Source: the human T2T-CHM13v2.0 reference genome, Homo sapiens. From it: a DNA stretch of 64,000 bases. Numbering within the stretch: position 1 is the first letter of the stretch; the number at the start of each line of letters is the position of its first letter. Location of the stretch: NCBI RefSeq assembly GCF_009914755.1, contig NC_060931.1. One strand, written 5' to 3'. Below, piece after piece: positions 16,314 to 36,232 of this stretch. A model generated the notes under the pieces. That model was given only the letters and a program-made list of their open reading frames with translations. It was not told the DNA's origin and did not search any database. Position numbers and translations under genes: made by a program.

Positions 16314-18361
16314 CTCAGAGGGGCCTCCTCTCTTTAAGATATCGTACCACCTCCCCAGCAGCTAAAATAAATCCTCGTTCCCACTCCCCACCGAGTGCCT
16401 GGGGCTGTCACCAGGTGGTACCCCCTCCCCCACCAAGCTCCCTACAGACACAGAAAATCCAGGAGCCGTTTTCACGCTTTTAGACCGTGACAGGCCTAGG
16501 AGTTGAGTCAGAGGAGCCCTCCCTAGGGAAACTGAGGCAGAGCACTGCCAGGAGGAGCCCAGTTCCTCCTCCTGGGCAGGCTGCCAGGTTGGGAAGTGGC
16601 CCCAGGAGCTCCTGCCATTCAGTGTCCTGCCCTCTCTGCCCTGGTGCTCAGAGGATCAGGGTAGATGACAAAGGGTGGATGGAGAATTATCCAGCTCCTT
16701 TTCCGTGGCCAGAGACGAGCGTCACTGCCAGCCCCACCGAACCCCTGTCCTGCCCTCAGAGACCCCTGGCACCTGTCTGGTGCCTCTCTTGACCTCAGCT
16801 TGCCCATCTGTGTAATGAGGGCAGATCTTCTCCAGGCATCCGGCCAGCTCTGACCTGCTACCTTCCCAGAAGGCTGAAGGCTGGACCAGGAAGCTTCTCT
16901 AACAGAAGGGCTGGGAGGAGAGATGCCCGCATCCTCCTCTGGACCCTCCGTCTATGAGGGTAGGGCTGGGGAAAGGGAGATCAGGGCCAGGGTAGATGGG
17001 GGCACGCAGGTCAAGTCTACCCTGGAGGTGGCATTGAGATTGGCCCCAAAGCCAGTCGGGGGGCTGAGGGCCTGACCTCTGAGGCATGGTCAAACCAGCC
17101 ACAGCTCCAAGCAAAACCTAGAGGGGATGGGCGAAGTGGGCCTTTCCTCCCCACGTCCTTCTACTTCTTCGTTCTTGGGAATTTTCACCCCCAGCTCTGC
17201 TCTTTATCCTGCTGCCCTCCCCTGGGATCAGACCCCACTCCCCCACACCTACAACTGGTTCCTGGCCCTACAATCCACCCTCTGCCCCCAACTTCCCCCA
17301 GGCACATCCCTTTGCCCGGGATGCTGATTCCATGAAGGTGACATTCCCTTCTTCCTCGATGCCACCTCCTTCCAGAAGCCTCCCTGCCCCCCCAAATCAG
17401 TATCTCGCACCTTGTTCTTCCACACGCCATTCACATTCCTATTGGAGCCATGGCTGAAAACTCTCAGGCCCTAAGGGACCTGAAAAGTCCCCCTGGCTTC
17501 AGCTGCCAGCCTCAGCTTGCAAACCTCCTGTGACAGTGAGCTCACTAGCTTCCCCAGACAGCTCTGCCCATCTCGGGCAGCCCCAACTGTTAGAGTCCTT
17601 CTCTTCCCTGTGGTTTGGTTCCAGGCCATAAAGAACCTGTGGGTGCCCTCTCCCTGGGGTACCCCTGCTATAGATTTGAAGGCGGCATCCACATCCTCCC
17701 TAGATTTTTCTTTTTAAGTATTCCTTCCCTTTCAGATCCTTCCCAGGGACCCCAAATTACAGCCCCTGCCCAAGAGTTGTTCCACTGTGCCTCTGTCTCC
17801 TGTCATACAGCACACAAACTGAATCTGCTGCTGACTGTGGTCTGGGCAATGCCAAAGATCTGGCCCATCCCCTCCCTCTTTCTATATGATCTACCTCTAG
17901 TAATACAGCCAGGAATCAGATAAGTGATCATGTAGCATTTCCTGTCAAGAAAAGCCCCAAGCCCTTCCCAACCACTGTCTGTGGAGTGGATTTGGGGTTC
18001 GAGTGAAGGACCTTCTTCCTGTTTCATTTCTTCATTTGTTCTGATGCTTATTTCAGTTTGTGGGATTCTGATGGCTCCTGGCTCTGTCGCCCCTGCACCC
18101 TCATCCACATCCAAGCTAGAGCCTGGTGGCAGCATTCTAGAGATGTCCTCCAGATTCACTCAGATAAGGAATCAGTTCTCATTGGACACGGAATAAACTG
18201 ATAAGGACGCGGGATGGCAGAGCCCCACTGCCACCCTCACCTCCTCTGTTTCCCAGCCCAGACACACTCTTGACCAAAATGTAACTAGGTGATGTGGCTA
18301 CCCTGGCATGCTGTCTTCCTGGTGTCTTGGGCTGGCCAGGGCGGGCACTGTATACATAAAG

Positions 18362-20366
<2,005 letters not shown>

Positions 20367-22194
20367 ACCACCTCCAACCAGGAAGGCTGGGAGGGAGTGC
20401 TCCTTACCTCCCTAGCATGGAGACTGCTAGGAAGAACAGACCCTGCTGGAACCACGGGGAGCTGGATGCCCTGAGCTTCCCCTGGCAGAGGTGGGGCAGC
20501 CCTGGTGGTCTCTCCTAGCAGAGACTCCAGGATTCCAGGACACCTTCCTGGATGTAATAGTCTGACTCCTCCAAGAGGCGCAGAGGCCAGGCAGCCTCCA
20601 GGCGTGTCCCAGGGGAAGCCACCAGGCTGGCAAGGTTGATTCATCACTGCTGAGCACAGTGGCTGTTGTCTGCCTCGAGGGCTATTTTTTTCCCTTCTTC
20701 TTTTAAATGACTAATCAAAGTCAATATCACTAGTGCAGAGAGGCCCGGAGCTGAGTCAGGGGTGTGCGAGAGGCCAAGCTGGGTCTCCAGGAAAGACGGC
20801 TGTGCAATCTGAGCCTCCTCACCCTGTCTCCAGCCTCCAGCTGTGTGTACACCAGGTCCCCGCCCTGCAGAGCCTGCCCCTTCACAGGGCCCCAGAGTGG
20901 CTCAGGGAGGCAGCTTCAGGCCGTGGAAGGGGCCAGGCTCTGCCCCCACAGGCTGCATGACCTCAGATAAACACCTGGCCCTTTCTGGACCTGTTTTCTG
21001 ATCTGTAAGATAGGAGGTTGAACTAGATGGTCCCGGGAGGCCGTTCCACCTGCACCCCAGATGAAAATGTACCCAAATGCATCGTTCATGCTGGGAAACC
21101 TCTGGAACGTAATGGGAGGAAGGATCGGGCGAGCCCTGTCCGGCTCCTGTTCTTACACTCTCGTGCCTGCCACTCTGCAAAGTAGGTAACACTGGCTCCA
21201 TTCTGCAGATGAGGAAATGAGCAGAGGGAGATTAAGGATGAACCTGCCCGGTGTTGCCACCCAACCGCCAGACTCTTCCCAGCAACGAAAGAGAAGGGGA
21301 AACTGATGGGCAAAGCAGGGCCCTGGGCCTTCCCATCCAGGCCTGCCTGGGCTGCTCCAGTGAGTTGGGCCCTAGTCTAGACCTCAAGGCACTTCAGGGG
21401 GCCCCAGACACCAGCTGTCAGGACCACCTGCTATTCTCTCCTGGTTGAGCATTCCAATCTCTCTGCCTTCACTAAGCTGTCCCCTCCTTTGGATCACCTT
21501 CTCTCCTCCTATTCAAATCCAGCTCCTGCTCCTGTGCTATCCCAGGGTCTCTTCTTCCAGGAAGCCTTCCAGGATTGTGCTGCTCCAACTCTCCCTCCTT
21601 GCTACGTCTTCAGCCTCCTGCAACAGGTCCCATGTGTCTGTCCCACATGACCTGGCACATAGACAAATACATGTTCTGGGCCCAGGGAGAAAGGTCAGCT
21701 CTGCAAAGTCCCCAGGAAGAAAATCAGGGAGTCTCTGAGTTGAGGGGAGGAGGCAGCTACAGCCTGAGTGGGGCTCCTGGGGATGCTCTAACCTAAAAGT
21801 CTTTCCCTGGCTGTGTGACCCTGGCCCTGTCTTCGGTCTCTCTTTGTTACCTGTAACCTGCAAGTGGCCTTTCTGATCTCTGAGGGACTGCGACAGCATT
21901 GAGGCCCCCTGGCTAGTCCCCAGTGACCCCCTTCACTCCCCATCTGCAGAGGGAGAGTTGGGAGCTGGAGAAGGCTGGAGAAGGCTGGAGGGCTGGGCCG
22001 GGCCTGCAGAGTGAGGAAACGCGCCAGCTCCTTCCCCAAGTGTGACTTTTATAAATAAGCTCTCTTCGCCTCCTTCCAAATGTGGTGGTGTTGGGTGGGG
22101 GAGAAGGAGAAAGAAGAGGGAGGAGGAGGAGGAAGAGGGAGGGAGGGAGGGCTGGGAGCGGTGCACAGCCGCTGTCCCCAGCACCATCTCTGTT

Positions 22195-22254
22195 CAGCCC
22201 AGCCCAGCCCAGCCCGCCCCAGTCCAGCCCAGTCCAGCCCAGTCCAGCTCAGCC
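22195..22254. repeat. (CAGCC/CAGTC)n pentamer repeat
   Basis: cagcccagcccagccc..cagtccagcccagtccagcccagtccagctcagcc. Confidence 0.85.
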
Positions 22255-23849
22255 AGTGCTGGCCTCTTCCTTTCTGGGGATTCTGGGCTGAAAATTCTGA
22301 CTCCTGGGGCTTCAGGCCTCCTACAAATGTGGAGCTGGAGTCAGGAGACCTGTAGCCCTGCTTCTCGTCCCGAGAAACTGAATTCTAGGCTTTCCCATCC
22401 CCACTTCACAGATGGGAACCCTAGGTCCAGAGGGAAAGCAGCCTGTGGGAACAGTGGCCCCACCAAGACTGACTGTCTCACCCCACCCCGGGTGGGCTCC
22501 TGCCTGCCAGCCGTCCACCTGTCTGCTAGAAAGCCCTCCCTGGGCAGGGCCACCCAGCAATGGGTACAGCCTCCCTGGGCTCTGAATGCCTTGTGTGGGG
22601 AGGGTGGGGGTGTCTGGAGCGGAAGCCTCAGACCATTCAAAGCAAAGCCTGGCTTCACCATCTAATCAGGGGGCGAGGAGGTAGTAACAGAGACAGACAT
22701 CAGAGCAAAAAGATCTGGGTTCAAACGCTTCACAACCCCAGCTCCACTGGCTGTCCCCCAGTGTCAGCCAGGCCTGAGTCTGACTATCTTCAGGGATGAG
22801 GCAAAGCCCTTTTCTACCACCCCTCCCTCTAGCAGGCAAGCCGTGTTTCTTTTGTGCCTCAGTTTCCCCTTCAGCTAGGGGGATGAAGGCTGACATGCCA
22901 GAGGCTATTATCCTATGTAGGGGCCCATGGTTCCCCTGACCACTTGGTTCCCACACACACCCTCAGGTAACCTACCAGGCGCCTAAACATCAGCACATTA
23001 CACCACACAGCCATCCGTCACCAGGAAAACACTCATTCTGACTCAACGGAGCTCAGGAAACTTGAGGGCAACCACAGGGGCCGCGGGGGAAGTGTTTAGA
23101 GCCCATATGCGACTTGAGGGACCATCTTCTTCCTTTGAAACCTCATGGGGTTTACACCAGGGGCTGGGCGCTCGGCCAGGAATAACAGGTCTGGAGGCAA
23201 AGTGGAGGCCGTGGTGCCAGAGCAAGTGGGGGACATGAAGGCAGGGGAGCCCAGGTCCCGGCTCCAGGATGCCCAGGAGGCAACCATGACATAATGGGGC
23301 AGACAGGCTCCAACTCAGGGAGCCTCTGGGTGGAGAAGACAAGCCGTGGGGTCAAATGCCCAAAGGACACTTGACATTTTCCATAGGAGGGGACCTTAGG
23401 GTTCTAGTTCCTAGCCCAGGGAGCGGGGTGGGGGGTGCTCCCAGGGATCAGCAGGCAGGGCTGCCAGCCAGGTGGCCAGCCAGGGGACCAGATGACCAGA
23501 TGAGACTCAATCTAGTCTTGAGCCTTGATCCACCCCCCCTCCCCGACACACCCAGAGAGGCTTCATTTCCGTCGCTGTCCTCCACTCCCGGTCACCATCC
23601 TCCTGGGCTCCTCATCCCTAAGGGCAGAGGCCAGGGGAAGGGGACCCACGCAGGCTGCAGGGGTCTCTGGGCTGGGAGAAGGTGGGCTCTGACTCAGAAC
23701 GTTTGTGCATCCTCCTACTCCCCCCAAACCCCGCCCCAGGAGCCACACCCCAGGGGTTTCCCAGATACAGGTAGAAAAATAGATCCAAGTCGCAAGGAAC
23801 CCTGAAGGGTCTGGAAACGCCAGCCAGTGCTGCCCGAAAGCCCGAAGGT

Positions 23850-24790
23850 GGATAGGTGGACCGGGGGCGGGTGTGACGCCCCCCCCCCCATACCTGGGGC
23901 GGGCAGTGGATCCCTACTGCGACCAAGCAGAGGGGGAGCCACAGGTGATGGGAGCCACAGGTGACCAGGGTGGCCCGAGGAGGCCGCCACCACCCGACGA
24001 TCAGGTTTCCGCAGCGCGCCCCGCAGCGGGGCCCCGCGCAGGGGACCGGCACCGGCCCACCGCGGTCCCCTCGTCTGTCTACACCAAGGAGGTTCCCACC
24101 GCGGTCCCCTCGTCTGTCTACACCGAGGGGGCACGGGAGGTCAGAGATGAGGGGCAGTGAGGGGGCCAGAGAAAGGGCCTGCTCTGCGGGAGGGGGAAGA
24201 GGTCCCGCCACCAAAACCCCATCATACCCTCCGAACCCCCCAAATCAAGAGGGCCCCGAAAAGTTTATCCAGGACCCCGGACTCCAGCCGACCGTCCACG
24301 TGTCAGCGCGGCCGAGCTCACGCGAGCCTGACCCCGAGTGGGTCCGAGGGGCGGAACCCGGAGGGGGGTCGAGGTCCCTGGCTCGCCCCGCTCCCTTCAG
24401 CCCTGGCTGGGGGCGCAGGAGCGGCCACCATCCTGGCCGCGGGAGCCGGGCGGGAAGTGTCCGGCGCGTTGGCGCTGGCGGCGGGCGGCGGGCGGCCGCG
24501 CGCTGGGGCCGGACTCACCGTGCGGAGCTCCTGGGTTCGGTCCTTCATGCTCCCGGGAGTGGCAGCGGCGCCGGCTGCAGCCGTGTGAGCCCCGCATGCG
24601 CGACGGCCGCCCCGCGGCTGCGCAGCGCCAGCCCGGCCCCGCCCCGGCCCCCGGGACCCCGGCCCCGCCCCACCCCGCCCGGGCCCCGCCCAGACCCCGC
24701 CCAGACCCCGCCCCACCCCGCACGAGCAGCCCCGTGGGGATCGAAGCCCTGGGGTCTCGTCCTGGACGTTCCGCACGCGTGATCGCTCCC
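23850..24790 (-). promoter_or_regulatory. STX1A: STX1A CpG island / TATA-less GC-box promoter
   Basis: Dense CpG around exon 1 with repeated CCCCGCCC (Sp/KLF) boxes at ~24635-24720. Confidence 0.85.
24519..24548 (-). CDS. STX1A: STX1A exon 1 coding part (Munc18-binding N-peptide)
   Basis: ATG at 24548, MKDRTQELRT, donor GTGAGT. The ten exons sum to 867 nt = 288 aa + stop. Confidence 0.97.
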
Positions 24791-25715
24791 GGGGATGGGT
24801 CCCCAGAGACCCTGCTGCCTCCTCTGCCCCAGCCCTGTCTCGTTTTTTATTTATTATTTTTGGAGACAGGGTCTCGCTCTGTCGCCCAGGCTGGAGTGCT
24901 GTGGTGCAATCATAGCTCACTGCAGCCTTGAGCTCCTGAGCTCAGGCAATCCTCCCGCCTCAGTCTCCTGGGTGGCTGGGACTAGAGTTGCTCGCCACTA
25001 CTCCTGAATAATTTTCAAATATTTTGTAGAGACAGGGTCTTGCTATGTTACTCAGGCTGGTCTCGAACTCCTGTCCTCAAGCGATCCTCCCTCCTCCCAA
25101 AGCTCTGCGATTACAGGCGTGAGCCACCGTGCCTGGCTTCCAGCCTCTTCCCGACTTAGCAGCTCAGCATCCCTGTCCCAGAATCCGGTCCTCATCCTCA
25201 GATCCCTTCACTTCCCCAGAATTTGCTGAAGGTTGTAACTCCCTCCTTCATTTCATTACCTTGGGACCTCCTGCTCTCCCTTCTGTTCCCCAGCCAAAAA
25301 CCTCCTGGAGAGTTCCAGTCTGGGAGCCTCCACCCTTCCCCCTTGCTCCCATCATCCAGTAGGGACTCAGGCACTGGCCTCTTCTTTCCCTAGGATTTCT
25401 CAGTTCACAGCTCTGATGCTGCGTGACCCACCCCTTTTTCCTGCAGGATGAAGGAACTCCTCTATCTTTTTATGTTTGTTTGTTTGTTTGATTATTTATT
25501 TATGAGATGGAGTTTCACTCTTGTCGCCCAGGCTGGAGTGCAGTGGCGCTATCTCAGCTCTGCCTCCTGGGTTCAAGCGAGTCTCCTGCCTCATCCTCCC
25601 AAGTAGCTGGGATTACAGGTGCCCACCACCACGCCCGGCTAATTTTTTGTATTTTTTAGTAGAGACAGGGTTTCACCATGTTGAGCAGGCTGGTCTCAAA
25701 CTCTTGACCTCTTGA

Positions 25716-25910
<195 letters not shown>

Positions 25911-27930
25911 TGAGATTACAGGCACCCACAACCACGCCTGGCTAATTTTTTTGTATTTTTAGTAGAGAAGGGGTTTCACCATGTTGTCCAGGCTGGTTTC
26001 GAACTCCTGACCTCAAGTGATCTGCCTGCCTCAGCCTCCCAAAGTGCTGGGATTACAGGTGTGAGCCACTGCACCCAGCCAGGAACTACTCTATCTTTGG
26101 GAAAGAGATTTGAGTTATGGCCCCCCTCTCCTCCTTTCCCTGCATCCCCAATCCTGAACTCTGGCTCTAGGCCTGAGGTTCTATTTTCTCTTTTTTCGTT
26201 TTTGTAAAGACGGGGTCTCCTCATGTTGCCCAGGCTGGTCTCAAAGTCCTAGCCTCAAGCGATCCTCCTGGCTTGGGCTTCCAAAGCACTGGGATTACGC
26301 TTGGCCAATGTAGGTTCTATTTTCTATCTAGAAGCCTGGGGCCTGGCTTCCTCTAGGACTCATGGGAAAACCTGTGGAGGAGTGGGAGTGGGGAGGCCAG
26401 TCAACAGCAGATGTTCTTTTGAAGGTCCCTGCCAGCATCTTGTTGCAACAGTGGTCTCGCACACACCCCCATAAGCCCGCTGTGCCCTCCACCACCCCCA
26501 GCTGTCACTTCTGTGGCCCACACCCTCTTGACCTGAAGCCAAGCACATCCCTTCCCTTCCCCAGGACTGCCAAAGCATTGGAGCTCTGGAGCCAATCCAG
26601 CCCCCTGCTGCCCAGTGTGTCTGGGCCTGGCACCTCTCCCAGACTATGGGCACAGGTTAGCTGGCTGCCAGGCAAGCTAGGGACACTGTTCCAGCTTTCC
26701 CTTCTTCCCTGGAAAATCTGGCCCAAGAAGGTCCGATGTGGCCTGGCAGAGGGAACAGCCACACCCTGTTCCAGTTGTCCCGGCTTCAACTTTGGGTGCC
26801 CTGCAGAATGGGCATTGATGGCGCCCCACTTCACAGAGGAAAAGTAAGGAGGTAAGTGCTAGAGGAACTTGCCCAGAGATGACAAGTGACAGGGGAGTCT
26901 GCCTGACTCCTGGTCTAGCCTGCAGGGTGAGTCAGTGGGGTGGGTCACAGGTATGCCCCCAGAGCCCAGTGTCTGGCCCCTTAGGGAGAGGGCAGGAAAG
27001 GGAGGCTCAGCTCCTGCCCTCTGAGAGCCCTGGTGTCACACCAAGCATCACTCATTGAGACGCATATTAAATAGTAGCATGAAAAATGAATAAAGAAATA
27101 AATGTGGCCAGGCACAGTGGCTCATGCCTGTAATCCAGCACTTTGGGAGGCCCAGGAGGGAGGATTGCTTGAGGCCAGGAGTTTAAGACCAGCCTGGACT
27201 CCATCTCTTAAAAAAAAAAAAAAAGTGTGCCTTTCACTTCTTTTTTTTGTTTGTTTGTTTTTTTAAGGCTGAGTCTCTTTCTGTCACCCAGGCTGCAGTG
27301 CAGTGGTGCAATCCAGGCTCACTACAACCTCCACCTCCCATGTTCAAGTGATTTTCCTGCCTCAGCTTCTTGAGCAGCTGGGATTACAGGCACCCGCCAC
27401 CACGCCCAGCTAATTTTTGTATTTGTAGTAGAGATGGGGCGTCACCATGTTGGCCAGGCTGGTCTTGAACTCCTGACCTCAAATGATCTACCCGCCTTGG
27501 CCTCCCAAAGTGCTGGGATTACAGGTGTGAGGCACTGCACCCGGGCTTGCCCTTCTCTTTAAACTCTGTTTTTCTGCTAAGTCTTTTCCTCATTTAATCA
27601 TTCATTCATTCATCAAACATTAAATGGGAAACCATGCTCTGGGGCCACTGTTCTGCACTCAAGATGTTCCCACTGCAGTGGGGGAGACAGACATGGTTTT
27701 GGTAGGTGAGGGAACCAGGGTGGCTTCCCAGAGGTGGTGACATTCGAACAGGGTGTTGCAGTGGGATTGCAGCAGGGAGTGGACAAAGGAAGGATGCTGG
27801 GGCAGGGGTGGGGGTGGGGAGCTCTCTAAAATGGAGCACTCTACCGGGAGCACCTCAGGAGCCTGCTGTGGCACTTGGGTGGACATAGGTGGGGGATGAG
27901 CCCAAGGAAGGGGGAGGCCTTGGATGCTAA

Positions 27931-28101
<171 letters not shown>

Positions 28102-28362
28102 TAGCTGAGATTACAGGCATGTGCCACCACACCCGGCTAATTTTTTGTATTTTTAGTAGAGATGGAGTTTCTCCACCTTGGCCAGGCTGGTCTCGAATTC
28201 CTAACCTCAGGTGATCCACCCACCTCGGCCTCCCAAATTTCTGGGATTGCAGGCATGAGCTACCATACCCAGGCTTCATTCCTTCATTTAAAAAGTATTG
28301 GCCGGGCATGGTGGCTTATGCCTGTAATCCCAGCACTTTGGGAGGCTGAGGTGGGCGGATCA

Positions 28363-28945
<583 letters not shown>

Positions 28946-29056
28946 CTACTATGTGCCCGCTATTCTAGATGTTGGGAATATGGCAGAAAAAAAGATGGAC
29001 AAGCCCTTGCCCCCATGCAGTCTGTGGTCTAGTAAAGATGCCAAACACACAAATAA

Positions 29057-29639
<583 letters not shown>

Positions 29640-29810
29640 TAACACACCTGGCTAATTTTTGTTATTTTTTGCAGAGACAGGGTCTTGATATGTTCCCAGG
29701 CTGGTCTTGAATGCCTGGGCTCAAGTGATCCGTCTGCCTTAGCCCCCTGAGTAGTTGAGACTCCAGGCAAGCGCCGCTGCGCCCAGCTTCAATTCTAGAT
29801 GATTTGGTCA

Positions 29811-30383
<573 letters not shown>

Positions 30384-30605
30384 TCACTTGAGGTCAGGAG
30401 TTTGAAATCAGCCTGGCCAACATGGTGAAACCCCATCTCTATTAAAAATACAAAAAACTAGCCGGGTGTGGTGGCAGGTTCCTGTAGTCCCAGCTACTTG
30501 GGAGGCTGAGGCAGGAGAATCGCTTGAACCGGGAGGCAGAGGTTGCACTGAGCCAGAATCGCGACACTGCACTACAGCTTGGGAGACACAGCAAGCCTCC
30601 GTCTC

Positions 30606-30624
30606 AAAACAAACAAACAAACAA

Positions 30625-30678
<54 letters not shown>
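30606..30678 (+). repeat. Compound tetranucleotide STR (CAAA)n(CAAG)n from an Alu tail
   Basis: aaacaaac... switching to a long perfect aagc run. Confidence 0.95.
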
Positions 30679-30679
<1 letters not shown>

Positions 30680-31080
30680 CAGGGCAAAGGCTGGGCATTT
30701 GGGAACTCCCAGAGCTCCCGGGCACAGTTTGGTGTTTCCATCCCATAGGCTGGGAGGGTTGGGGTGAGCCCAGGCCCGCTGCATCCCTGATGTTGAGCGC
30801 TGCTGCCACCTTCTGGGCAGGGCCGGTATTGCCTTGCCTTGCCTTGTACCTGTGTGGATGGTTGGCACGAAGACAGTCACCACCTGTCCTCCAGAACCTC
30901 TGGGGCTGGTAGGAAAGGCGCAGTGACAGTGACAGGACAACGATGAGGAGGCCCAGGGGCTGCTGGGGTCTGGAGGAGGAAGAGGAGGAAGCTTTTGTAG
31001 GATTCAGGAACAGACTTGTTCCTGGAGCATGGTTGTGGGGGCTGGGGAATGGGAAGGGCGGCTGACCCAGGCTGCATGGC

Positions 31081-31358
31081 TGTGTGTGTATGTGTATGTG
31101 TGTGTATCTGTGTGTCTGTGAATCTGTGTGTGTGTCTGTGAATCTGTGTGTGTCTGTGTCTGTGTATCTGTATGTCTGTGTGTCTGTGTATCTGTGTATG
31201 TCTGTGTGTGTATGTGTGTGTGTCTGTGTATCTGTGTGTCTGTGTGTGTTCTGTTTGTGTATCTGTGTGTGTCTGTGTGTCTGTGCATGTCTGTGTATCT
31301 GTGTGTGTGTGTCTGTGTATCTGTGTGTGTGTCTGTGTGTGTGTCTGTGTGTGTGTGT
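31081..31358 (+). repeat. Imperfect (TG)n / (TGTC/TATC) compound microsatellite, ~280 bp
   Basis: Direct inspection. Confidence 0.95.
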
Positions 31359-32175
31359 AGTTGAGATTCTCTTGTTGTTGCTTTCTTGGGTCTGGCAGGC
31401 TTATTCCCTTTTTATCCTCTCCTGGGAAGCCTGGCCCTGGTCCATTTTTTTTTCTTTTTGTAATTTAATTTTTAAAAATTGCAGGTTCCAAAAAAAAGAA
31501 AGAAAAAAAAATTACAGGGTCTTGCTATGTTGCCCAGGCTTGTGTTGAACTCCTGGGCTCAAGCCATCCTCCTGCCTCAGCCTCCCAAAGGGCTGGGATT
31601 ACTGTGTTTGGTGCCCTGGCCTGTGCTTTATACAAAGCACTGGCCACCGAGTGAGTTGCCTGCCTCCTTTAACCCTTACTGTGACTCTGTCAGGGAGGCC
31701 CTCTACTAGCTGCATTTCACAGATGAGGACATTGAGCCTCCCAGAGGTGCATACAAAGTCATAAGCCTTGGGTGGCAGTGCTTAAATTGCCAGCCCTGCC
31801 AATCCCTGGTGTTGTGATCACCATGCCCAGCCCCGCAGCCCACCTGGTAGCTCTCTCTCCCCATCCCAGTTCACCATTAGCTGGGAACCGTCTCCTGGCT
31901 CAACCCCAGGCCTGGGCTCAGCCATCCTCGGGGAGCAGGAGAGGAGGAGGATGTGGGCGGCCAGGCAAGGAGTCCTGGTACTTAGTGTGTGACATTTGCA
32001 TAGTGCTTTGGGATGAAATTCACTATATGTCTGAATGTAAATTTCTTTCCTCTTTTTCTGAATGAGATTTAAAAAAAATTTGTCCCAAATTCTAATTTAA
32101 ACTTTTAGAGATACAGATGAATAATCAACTCCCTACTTATAATATTTAGTTAAATATTTAAAATTTAGACTTTAA

Positions 32176-32671
<496 letters not shown>

Positions 32672-33197
32672 TAATTTTTTGTATTTTTAGTAGAGACGGG
32701 GTTTCACCATGTTGGTCAGGCAGATCTCAAACTCCTGACCTCAAGTGATCTGCCCACCTCAGCCTCCCAAAGTGCTGGGATTACAGGCGTGAGCCATTGC
32801 GCCTGGTCTAAAATCTTATATTTTAAAGAATAGTTTTATTTAGAAACATTGCTTTTCCACTCTTGTGGTTTGTGAAAGTTTATGCAAACTCTTTATTCGC
32901 ATTTCTGCCTCCCATGGTCATTGTCATTGTTACGTGTCATCCCCTAGTGCCTCTTTCAAGTTCCCTAGTTTTCTCAAACACATCATCTTCGCTTTTGCTT
33001 GGAAACACAGCACTTTTTTATTTTTCTATTTTTTTTGTTTTGCTAACTCCTACTTGTGTGACACAGCACTTTTTGAGCTCATTAATGATGCTGTCACTGA
33101 AAATATCACTCCAAGTCATGAGAGTGATTAGGTTGGTTGTTTTTCATCTAAATGGTAGGTGAATATTTGTCATCTCCTTAGGGTAACCACAGAATTA

Positions 33198-33347
<150 letters not shown>

Positions 33348-33755
33348 TTAGTCAGGTATGCTGGCAGGCGCCTGTAGTCCCAGTTACTTCGGAGGCTGAG
33401 GGGAGAATCGCTTGAACCTGGAGGTGGAGGTTGCAGTGAGCCGAGATCACACCACTGCACACCAGCCTGGGAAACAGAGTAAGACTCTGTCTCTAACATA
33501 AAATAAAATAAAACAGCAATCGCCTGTTCCTTCCTCATTTCCTCTCCCTGCTTAATTCTTCTCCACAGTACTTCTTACCATCTGATACGCTTGTTAATTT
33601 GTTTATGGTCTATGTCCCCTCCCTGGAATGTGAGCTCCATGAGCTCAAGGAACTTTGTCTGTCTTGATTTACGTCTGCCACTTGGAAACATACTTTGAAC
33701 ACAGTAGGTGCTCAGTAAATATTTGTGGGCTGAACGAATGACTGTAAAGCTCTTA

Positions 33756-34217
<462 letters not shown>

Positions 34218-34502
34218 TTAGGTCAGGCTTGGTGGCTCATGCCTGTAATCTTAAAACACTTTTGGAGGCTGAGGTGGGCAGATCACTTGAGGTTGGGAGT
34301 TCAAGACCAGCCTGGCGAACATGGCAAAATCCCATCTCTACTAAAAATACAAAAATTAGCTAGGCGTGGTGGTGCGTGCCTGTAATCCCAGCTACTCGGG
34401 AGGCTGAGGCATGAGAATCACTTGAACCTGGAGGCAGAGGTTGCAGTGAGCTGAGATCTTGCCACTGATCTGGCCTGGGTGACAGAGTAAGATTCTGTCT
34501 CA

Positions 34503-34709
<207 letters not shown>

Positions 34710-34756
34710 TCACACCTGTAATCCCAGCACTTTGGGAGGCCAAGATGGGTGGATCA

Positions 34757-35407
<651 letters not shown>

Positions 35408-35467
35408 CTAATTGCATTGAATGTGCCTACCATGGAGATCCTGGTTTCTAAATACCATTCCTCCTTA

Positions 35468-36232
<765 letters not shown>

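Noticed and set aside
22195-22254. Resemblance of (GGGCT)n to immunoglobulin switch repeats
   Set aside because: Only ~60 bp, far too short to imply switch-like recombination.
23961-24931. Long ORFs (273, 197 and 200 aa) over STX1A exon 1
   Set aside because: Pro/Arg/Gly-rich products expected from stop-poor CpG-island DNA. Only MKDRTQELRT is real coding sequence.
30408-30940. ORFs with KQAS/LACL repeats
   Set aside because: Translations of the (CAAG)n Alu-tail STR. I found no convincing upstream BICD-like exon here.
31004-31548. Cys/Val-rich and His/Thr-rich ORFs
   Set aside because: Translations of the TG microsatellite.
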